Notes: generated by a model not told the origin, from the sequence alone. Positions 1 through 4,110 are shown, counted from the first letter of the stretch. The stretch is DNA of 5,346 nt from an uncultured Candidatus Saccharimonas sp. (GCA_964593165.1 CAZQGW010000052.1:1-5346); one strand, 5' to 3'. Numbers and translations are program-made.

Positions 1-64
1 CAACATTTGGAGAGATGGCTGGTTGGCCCTTCGCCCGGCCCTACTCCCACTCAATAATGTGACG

Positions 65-70
65 TATAAT
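65..70 (+). promoter_or_regulatory. Candidate -10 box (perfect TATAAT) upstream of the zinc-ribbon ORF
   Basis: TATAAT lies at 65-70, where GC-rich DNA (1-50) changes to AT-rich DNA. No convincing -35 is present 17 bp upstream (TACTCC). The nearest downstream plus-strand ORF starts at 158 or 191. Confidence 0.3.
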
Positions 71-190
71 ATTCATTTTGTTTTCAGTTATATGGATAAC
101 ACGTAATAGTTATGTGAATGTTTTGTGTAACTATCCAGCTCGTTTTACGATGCGCATTTGTCAGCTAACTCGTTTATTTTCAATAGGGCA

Positions 191-568
191 ATGTTTGGAA
201 CTTACACGCTGTGCAACACGCACTCCGTCCTCAATGCGATTCGGAGTATCCTATATGGCAATCGAAGGGGGTGCATAGTGGTATTCAACAGCGGCAAGGC
301 ATATCACGGTTCTGTGGAAGTCAGCAACGGCAAACTGCATGGGCGCACAGGAATGACTGATTATTTCTTCTTTATCTGCCCGAAATGCGAGAACAACCAA
401 GTGTTGCGAATTCTTGAATACGAATTCAGAAATGGTGTGAAAACTGAAAGAAACGAAAAGAAGAAACCCCAGGAATTCTTTACGCTGGCGTTCCATATCT
501 ATTGTCCGAATTGTCAGTTAGAAGATTTCATAAAAATAGACAACAGCCATCAGTCTGGCGCACTGTAA
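191..568 (+). CDS. Hypothetical protein with two CxxC motifs (probable zinc ribbon). The start is uncertain.
   Basis: The frame is open from 158 to 568 and ends with TAA at 566-568. Position 158 is a TTG with no SD sequence. The first ATG is at 191, with a weak AGGG only 2 nt upstream. Another ATG at 353 would give a 71-aa zinc-ribbon-only product. The CPKC and CPNC motifs are about 50 aa apart (FFFICPKCENN ... HIYCPNCQLED) and flank a K/E-rich linker. The antisense ORF at 251-496 looks like a shadow. Confidence 0.5.
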   Translation: MFGTYTLCNTHSVLNAIRSILYGNRRGCIVVFNSGKAYHGSVEVSNGKLHGRTGMTDYFFFICPKCENNQVLRILEYEFRNGVKTERNEKKKPQEFFTLAFHIYCPNCQLEDFIKIDNSHQSGAL

Positions 569-599
569 TCAGATTTAGTAACACTAATAGCAATGCTTT

Positions 600-896
600 T
601 CATTTGCGGCCTTTCCATTCGAATGCTGCTGCTGCTGCGAGCTGCATGAGATAAATCAACACCATTACGCCGATTAACCTCTCAAACATTGCCCAGTCTG
701 CATGGACCACCAAGAGAATCAATGCAACAGGGATAGCAGTAACGATACCAGTCAGGAAGCAAGCGATAACGCCAATCACGCCGAAGTAATCATGCACTGT
801 CTCGAAACATGCAGCTAGTACTCCTAACGCCCCAAGCCCAGCCGCAATATAAACGAGTACGGCGCAACCCAATAGAATAACCCTGAGTATTCTCAT
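600..896 (-). CDS. Small integral membrane protein (98 aa, about 3 predicted TM helices)
   Basis: The ORF runs from ATG (894-896) to TGA (600-602). The translation is dominated by three long hydrophobic stretches (ILLGCAVLVYIAAGLGALGVLAA; VIGVIACFLTGIVTAIPVALILLVV; LIGVMVLIYLMQLAAAAA) and has a short basic C-terminus (EWKGRK). The nearest SD sequence (GGAGAG, 912-917) is 15 nt from this ATG but is correctly spaced for a 4-codon mini-ORF that overlaps the start (see findings). Confidence 0.6.
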   Translation of the reverse strand: MRILRVILLGCAVLVYIAAGLGALGVLAACFETVHDYFGVIGVIACFLTGIVTAIPVALILLVVHADWAMFERLIGVMVLIYLMQLAAAAAFEWKGRK

Positions 897-919
897 GCGA
901 TAGTCATTTCACTCTCCGC

Positions 920-937
920 GAAACATGCTAGTGTTTC
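920..937. promoter_or_regulatory. Inverted repeat GAAACA-N6-TGTTTC in the leader or promoter region of the membrane-protein gene
   Basis: GAAACA at 920-925 and TGTTTC at 932-937 are exact reverse complements with a 6-nt spacer (tgctag). The repeat lies 24-41 nt upstream of the ATG at 896. A second short palindrome-like element, GTAGT-ca-ACTAC, lies at 946-957. Confidence 0.3.
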
Positions 938-1030
938 ACAAAGTTGTAGTCAACTACGGATTTTATTGAATCTAAAGTCGAGCAAGCAGCAACTCAGGCG
1001 CACCTGCTTGGCGGGTGCGTGGACGCGTGA

Positions 1031-1480
1031 CTACGCTGCTGTAGTCTTCCGCTTTCGCGCTGCCAGCGCAGCGTCGATTGCAGCGTCTAACTCGCCACCC
1101 GTCGCAGCCGCTTTGATAAGCTGCAACGTTGTCACTAGTTCCTTCATGTTGGCAACCTGCACGGCGTTTTTGCCTGTGCTCAACTCCAGCTTCATTGCTC
1201 CATACAGCACTTCAAAGTTGATTTTGCCTGCGCTGTCAGTCCAGTACCAGGCTTTGATTCGCTTTGCAGTCTCCTTCGTAATGCGTTCGCCAGTTTCTTT
1301 GTTAACAGTCGTTTTGGGCTGCATCACTTCGTACTCACGCCCTTCGATTTGCGCACTTGCAAGCGCAATCTGCTCGTCAATACGAGCCGCAAGTTTTGCG
1401 CGGCGCTGTGGCACAGTTGCTTTTCCGTACTTGCTTTCCCGCTTGCATACAACAAACTTCAGCTTCTGTAGTGCGTTCAT
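1031..1480 (-). CDS. Hypothetical protein (149 aa): basic N-terminus, central WYW segment, Ala-rich acidic and basic C-terminal helix
   Basis: The ATG at 1478-1480 is preceded on the minus strand by AAGGAG with a 7-nt spacer (aaggagaaacacaATG), which is the best RBS in the window. The stop is TAG at 1031-1033. The translation looks like a real globular protein (KRIKAWYWTDSAGKINFEVLYG ... GGELDAAIDAALAARKRK). I vaguely recall similar proteins from proteobacterial genomic islands but cannot name a family with confidence. The 196-aa antisense ORF at 966-1556 is a shadow. Confidence 0.8.
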   Translation of the reverse strand: MNALQKLKFVVCKRESKYGKATVPQRRAKLAARIDEQIALASAQIEGREYEVMQPKTTVNKETGERITKETAKRIKAWYWTDSAGKINFEVLYGAMKLELSTGKNAVQVANMKELVTTLQLIKAAATGGELDAAIDAALAARKRKTTAA

Positions 1481-1609
1481 TGTGTTTCTCCTTTACCGCC
1501 CCATCGTCCACTCGCGCACCAGCGCAAGGCAACCGAAAAACACTAATTATTGTTGAATTGCTAAAGTCCTGTATTGCAGAAAGATACGTGCTACATAGCG
1601 GCTTATCGG

Positions 1610-2167
1610 CTAAATCATTTCAGCAACAGCACGCAATATAGCGGGATTTGGCTGTACCGCTTTAGTAAGTCGCGTCTGCCCTGCCAAAACCTTAACTGCT
1701 TTAGTATTTGCACCGCGCACCAGCAATGTGTTAAGCCATGTTTGCCTTCCTGTTTTAGTTGTTCCTTCTATACCTGCGCGTTTATATATCGCTGTGAATA
1801 CCTGGGATAAGCTTGTTGGGCTAAATGCGTGCTGCTTTTGTGTGAAAAACAACGGCACACCTTTGTGCGTGTGTGCAACACAATTAAGGGTAGTTAACTC
1901 AAACTGTTCAGCAATATATGCTTGTAGTTCCTTCTGTAGTTGCTTCGGCAACACCAAAGTTCTATTTGGCAACTGAACTTCTGTTTTTACCTCTCCATTC
2001 ATATTCAATACATCTGGTATATCTAGTGCAGCTAGTTCACTTCTCCTAATGCCACTCATATGTGTCATTAACAGCAGCATCTTGTTTCTATTACCCCATT
2101 TGCCTTGATTGGAAGTACCATTTATTACTTTATCCAGCTCTATATCTGTTAGTACTTTACTTTTCAT
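1610..2167 (-). CDS. Tyrosine-recombinase-fold protein with only the catalytic domain and a degenerate active site (pseudo-recombinase). It is a paralog of the 3500-4075 product.
   Basis: The ATG at 2165-2167 has GAGGG 4 nt upstream, and the stop is TAG at 1610-1612. The product aligns along its whole length with the 191-aa recombinase (RNKMLLLMTHMSGIRRSELAALDIPDVL vs RNRMLVLATFYAGLRAIEVASLRYCDVL; QLQKELQAYI vs QLQKELAAYI; LFFTQK vs LFYTQK; TKTGRQT vs SHSGRRS; LAGQTRLTKAVQP vs CSGHKSLAAVQRY). Both conserved Arg residues are retained. The segment carrying the beta-hairpin Lys (KAWQTKGYE) is deleted. The first His is replaced by Lys and the second by Gln. There is no Tyr anywhere in the last 50 residues. 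Confidence 0.8.
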   Translation of the reverse strand: MKSKVLTDIELDKVINGTSNQGKWGNRNKMLLLMTHMSGIRRSELAALDIPDVLNMNGEVKTEVQLPNRTLVLPKQLQKELQAYIAEQFELTTLNCVAHTHKGVPLFFTQKQHAFSPTSLSQVFTAIYKRAGIEGTTKTGRQTWLNTLLVRGANTKAVKVLAGQTRLTKAVQPNPAILRAVAEMI

Positions 2168-2259
2168 ATATCCCTCACATTCTGATACTTATAGTTATCA
2201 TCTGTCTATTGTTATGTGTACGCTTTCAGTCACGCTCGTTCATTATGATGTTAATGTCT

Positions 2260-2280
2260 AGGTGCGTTTTAAGTGCACGG
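2260..2280. repeat. Left copy of an imperfect 20-21-nt direct repeat (AGGTGCGTTTTAAGTGCACGG)
   Basis: It matches 2381-2400 (AGGTGCGCTTAAGTTAACGG) at 17 of 21 positions with one 1-nt gap. The matching blocks AGGTGCG, TTAAGT and ACGG are collinear. The two copies start 121 bp apart. Confidence 0.6.
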
Positions 2281-2287
2281 AGCTGTT

Positions 2288-2306
2288 GCCACATTGGTAA
2301 TGTGGC
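2288..2306. other. Perfect stem-loop GCCACATT-ggt-AATGTGGC (8-bp stem, 3-nt loop)
   Basis: The complementarity was read directly from the sequence. The element lies in the 221-bp gap between the HUH-like gene and the pseudo-recombinase gene. Neither strand has an adjacent U-tract, so it is not a canonical intrinsic terminator. Confidence 0.6.
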
Positions 2307-2330
2307 TGCTATGTGACACTTTTGGTTGTG

Positions 2331-2376
2331 CTAGCCCGACTGCTTTATCGAACCTGCGAACAAGGTATCGGGCTGG
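2331..2376. other. Long-loop stem-loop CTAGCCCGA-N28-TCGGGCTGG with an internal ACCT/AGGT helix
   Basis: Seven perfect base pairs form between 2333-2339 and 2368-2374. A G-U pair and a C-G pair extend the stem to 9 bp in RNA. The loop contains tandem CGAAC (2349-2353 and 2357-2361), TATCG twice (2346-2350 and 2366-2370), and a 4-bp inner helix (2352-2355 with 2363-2366). The element starts 13 nt downstream of the stop of the HUH-like gene. Confidence 0.45.
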
Positions 2377-2380
2377 CTAA

Positions 2381-2400
2381 AGGTGCGCTTAAGTTAACGG
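2381..2400. repeat. Right copy of the imperfect direct repeat (AGGTGCGCTTAAGTTAACGG), overlapping the stop codon of the HUH-like gene
   Basis: See 2260-2280. This copy covers the last codons (S-P-L-T) and the TAA stop (2389-2391) of the 2389-2898 CDS. Confidence 0.6.
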
Positions 2401-2898
2401 CGAAATGTACATGTGTTGAAACATGATGTTCTCGTCAGTACTGCCGCTCAATTTTCTAGTAATGTAGTTCATCCAGGCTCCACCACATTTCGCTTGTCCA
2501 AAATCAACAGCAAGGCTGGGTTTTCCGTCCGTGCTTTTATTCACATGTGAGTAGTACTGAATACCATCTGTGTGCTTGGCAACATCCTCAAACCGGTTCT
2601 TAATCTCCGTATCGGTAAGTGTTGCAGGAAAGCCATAGAACGCAAAGTGTATGTGTAGGCTGTCAATATCACGTTCATTATGAACTATTGGTACTACGCT
2701 TAATGGCTCGCAACCCTTTCCGTACTTCCACGTGTTTTTGCCCCATATCTGTCCGTTAAACTTAAACAAGAAACGCCTTGTTAACTGTTCAACTGCTTCT
2801 GGCGCGCGGTGTGTCCACCTTGTGTTAATTGTTGCCTCGTGTGTTACTGGCAACTTGAATAGCCAGTCTCGCAGTAGTGTTTGTTGTTTACTCTTCAT
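2389..2898 (-). CDS. Compact HUH-motif protein (169 aa), a candidate single-domain Rep, relaxase or Y1-type ssDNA nuclease
   Basis: The ORF runs from ATG at 2896-2898 to TAA at 2389-2391, with GGGAGA 12 nt upstream of the ATG. The motif order matches HUH endonucleases. The motif-I-like strand is HEATINTRW. This is followed by the spacer RRFLFKFNGQIWGKN ... LSVVPIVHNE. Motif II is SLHIHFAFYG (His-Ile-His, codons at 2647-2655). About 60 residues later comes the motif-III-like GAWMNYITRKL (Tyr codon at 2464-2466, Lys four residues on). The size is similar to IS200/IS605 TnpA and RAYT enzymes. The layout also recalls the HYH ... YLAK arrangement of inovirus-Gp2/YfjJ-like island proteins, from memory. 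The functional call rests on motifs only. Confidence 0.55.
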   Translation of the reverse strand: MKSKQQTLLRDWLFKLPVTHEATINTRWTHRAPEAVEQLTRRFLFKFNGQIWGKNTWKYGKGCEPLSVVPIVHNERDIDSLHIHFAFYGFPATLTDTEIKNRFEDVAKHTDGIQYYSHVNKSTDGKPSLAVDFGQAKCGGAWMNYITRKLSGSTDENIMFQHMYISPLT

Positions 2899-2943
2899 TG
2901 TGTTTTTCTATCTCCCTTGCTTAGATCCGAATGAACTTGCACT

Positions 2944-2955
2944 GTTTAGCTAAAC
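2944..2955. promoter_or_regulatory. Perfect 12-bp palindrome GTTTAGCTAAAC, 46-57 nt upstream of the HUH-like gene start (operator-like)
   Basis: The sequence equals its own reverse complement. The half-site TTTAGC recurs at 3229-3234 and 3296-3301 in the neighbouring control region. Confidence 0.4.
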
Positions 2956-2984
2956 CGTAATGTTATGAAAGGCAGAATTACGCT

Positions 2985-3004
2985 ACGCGCAGTAAACTGC
3001 GCGT
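2985..3004 (-). terminator. GC-rich hairpin ACGCGCAG-taaa-CTGCGCGT immediately after the stop of the small ORF. It may be a weak terminator or attenuator, or a protein-binding palindrome.
   Basis: The stem is a perfect 8 bp (6 G-C pairs) with a 4-nt loop, and it begins 2 nt after the TAA (3007-3009) on the minus strand. No U-run follows it (agcgtaattctgcc), so canonical intrinsic termination is doubtful. Confidence 0.3.
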
Positions 3005-3006
3005 GC

Positions 3007-3219
3007 TTATGTGCCTAATTGTTTGTTGGTGTCCTTTTGCAGCTTTTGCTTTAACTCTTCATTACTTTTATTCGCGTTTGCAAGCTGCTCCTGCGCTTTG
3101 CGCACCCGCTGTGCGGCATTCTGCTGCTTTGCAGTGCTGCTAAGCAGCCTGGAGCTATTTAGAAGCTTTTGTGCTTGGGCTTTTAACGGGTTTTTGGGTA
3201 CTATTTGGCTTGCACGCAT
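3007..3219 (-). CDS. Small basic Q/K/A-rich protein (70 aa) with predicted coiled-coil character, possibly translated from a leaderless mRNA
   Basis: The ORF runs from ATG at 3217-3219 to TAA at 3007-3009. It has no SD sequence (aaatatatttatATG). The translation is low in complexity but protein-like (AQAQKLL ... QRVRKAQEQLANANKSNEELKQKLQK). The opposite strand is also open over the same span but translates to Cys/Phe-rich nonsense. The coding status is uncertain. Confidence 0.4.
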   Translation of the reverse strand: MRASQIVPKNPLKAQAQKLLNSSRLLSSTAKQQNAAQRVRKAQEQLANANKSNEELKQKLQKDTNKQLGT

Positions 3220-3226
3220 ATAAATA

Positions 3227-3254
3227 TATTTAGCTTAGAAAGTTAGATTTACAA
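3227..3254 (-). promoter_or_regulatory. Candidate sigma70-type promoter placed to start transcription at or next to the ATG of the small ORF (leaderless arrangement)
   Basis: On the minus strand, TTGTAA lies at 3254-3249 and TAAATA at 3232-3227, separated by a 16-nt spacer. Seven nucleotides then separate the -10 box from the A of the ATG at 3219. This geometry is consistent with the absence of an SD sequence. It is a by-eye match only. Confidence 0.3.
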
Positions 3255-3280
3255 GTCCTTTGTATATAAGGACATACAAA
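3255..3280. promoter_or_regulatory. Nested inverted repeats GTCCTT-tgtatat-AAGGAC and TTTGTAT-N8-ATACAAA (operator or recombinase-core-like site)
   Basis: GTCCTT (3255-3260) and AAGGAC (3268-3273) are exact complements around a 7-bp spacer. TTTGTAT (3259-3265) and ATACAAA (3274-3280) form an overlapping second pair. CATACAAA recurs at 3471-3478, just upstream of the mini-recombinase RBS. The site abuts the candidate -35 box of the leftward promoter. Confidence 0.35.
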
Positions 3281-3499
3281 CACGTAAATCATTCGTTTAG
3301 CGTAAATACACCCTATCCCAGCCGTGCAACAGCACCAAAATGTTCTATTTTGTCTCTTCTATTATGTTTTAGCCAAACGCATGTATCTTTCTGAATATGC
3401 GTGGGATAGCTGTGTCGAATAAACCGCTTGTATTGGTTGCCATTTTAAATCAAACAGTTGAGCATTAAGTCATACAAAAGGTTCGATTAGGAGTCCGAT

Positions 3500-4075
3500 A
3501 TGCTAAAGCAAGCTAAGACGTTATCTAAAGCGGAAGTAAGACGCGTTCTTGATTATGTTGCAACCCGCCGGCACGCTGCACGAAACAGGATGCTGGTGTT
3601 GGCTACTTTTTACGCTGGGCTGCGTGCAATCGAAGTTGCAAGCTTACGGTACTGCGATGTTCTGGACAGCATAGGCAAAGTAAAAACTGAGATATGGTTG
3701 AAAGCTTGGCAAACAAAAGGCTATGAAGGGCGAATGGTATACGTGAACACACAGCTCCAAAAAGAGCTTGCAGCGTACATACGCGCAGTTCCAAGTGTGG
3801 ATGTGAACGCCAGGTTGTTTTACACGCAGAAACGCGGCGCCGGCGGCTTTTCAGCAAACACGCTGGTGCAGTTTTATCACACACTGTATGGTAAGGTTGG
3901 GCTAGCTGGGGCAAGCTCGCATAGTGGTAGGCGTAGCTTCTGCACAAACCTTGCAGCGAATGGAGTTGGTGTGCGCGTACTAATGGCTTGTTCTGGACAC
4001 AAATCGCTTGCTGCTGTGCAGCGGTATTTGGATGTGAACTGTGATATGGTGCACGCGGCGGTTGAACTGGCGTAG
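3500..4075 (+). CDS. Tyrosine site-specific recombinase with only the catalytic domain (191 aa, FimB/FimE-like architecture) and an intact active site
   Basis: The ATG at 3500 is preceded by TAGGAG (3488-3493) with a 6-nt spacer, and the stop is TAG at 4073-4075. The full catalytic signature is readable: Arg in AGLRAIE, Lys in WQTKG, His-x-x-Arg in SSHSGRRSF, His in SGHKS, and Tyr in AVQRYL. There is no N-terminal core-binding domain. The N-terminal HAARN ... GLRAIEV block resembles what I recall of FimB/FimE-type invertases, which are about 200 aa. Confidence 0.9.
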   Translation: MLKQAKTLSKAEVRRVLDYVATRRHAARNRMLVLATFYAGLRAIEVASLRYCDVLDSIGKVKTEIWLKAWQTKGYEGRMVYVNTQLQKELAAYIRAVPSVDVNARLFYTQKRGAGGFSANTLVQFYHTLYGKVGLAGASSHSGRRSFCTNLAANGVGVRVLMACSGHKSLAAVQRYLDVNCDMVHAAVELA

Positions 4076-4110
4076 TGCTTACGCGATTCTAATTCAGTAT
4101 GCTGCTGATA

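Noticed and set aside
1-57. A GC-rich leading segment (ggttggcccttcgcccggccc) considered as a tRNA 3' end, an att site or a terminator
   Set aside because: It has no T-arm-like GGTTCGAAT motif and no CCA context. Only a 4-bp GGCC/GGCC stem is possible. All three plus-strand frames are open here, so it may simply be the 3' end of a gene that starts before the window. It is too short to call.
78-278. A 66-aa plus-strand ORF starting with TTG
   Set aside because: It overlaps the longer zinc-ribbon frame out of frame. It has no RBS and no recognisable features.
251-496. An 81-aa minus-strand ORF antisense to the zinc-ribbon ORF
   Set aside because: It is embedded in the opposite-strand ORF that carries paired CxxC motifs. 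It has no RBS and its translation is not protein-like.
624-638. A (TGC)5 trinucleotide repeat considered as a phase-variation tract
   Set aside because: It lies in frame in the poly-Ala C-terminal segment of the membrane ORF. Slippage by whole repeat units would only change the Ala count and would not switch the gene off.
999-1019. The hairpin CGCACC-N9-GGTGCG after the 149-aa gene, considered as an intrinsic terminator
   Set aside because: The stem is only 6 bp, the loop is 9 nt, and no U-tract follows on the minus strand. The membrane gene downstream is probably co-transcribed.
966-1556. A 196-aa plus-strand ORF that starts with TTG and is antisense to the 149-aa gene
   Set aside because: It lies entirely opposite a CDS that has an excellent RBS. 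The translation is Ser/Ala/Cys/Phe-rich with no RBS, which is typical of a shadow ORF.
1357-2316. Plus-strand ORFs at 1357-1641, 1574-1810, 1728-1976 and 2062-2316
   Set aside because: They are antisense to, or straddle, the well-supported minus-strand genes. None has an RBS, and the translations are Cys/Phe/Ser-rich. ORF 2062-2316 crosses the structured intergenic region, but nothing supports it as coding.
1478-2909. Similar translation-initiation contexts (aaacacaATG) at the 149-aa and HUH-like genes, considered as evidence of duplication
   Set aside because: The shared string is only about 10 nt, and the proteins are unrelated. It is most simply explained as coincidental A-rich leaders.
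2978-3305. An 8-bp inverted repeat (TTACGCTA and TAGCGTAA) flanking the small ORF, considered as a possible invertible cassette
   Set aside because: It is at chance level for the number of position pairs compared, roughly 0.4 expected. I keep it only as part of the CGTAA-motif observation.
3313-3409. An 8-bp inverted repeat (CTATCCCA and TGGGATAG) considered as boundaries of a fimS-like invertible segment next to the FimB-sized recombinase
   Set aside because: It is only 8 bp and cannot be extended in either direction. A match of this length is expected by chance within a 280-bp region. I found no inverted repeat of 10 bp or more flanking a promoter-sized segment, so I do not call an inverton.
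3603-3947. A 114-aa minus-strand ORF inside the mini-recombinase gene
   Set aside because: It is antisense to a CDS with a complete tyrosine-recombinase catalytic signature and a strong RBS. Its translation is Cys/Arg/Leu-rich, so it is a shadow.
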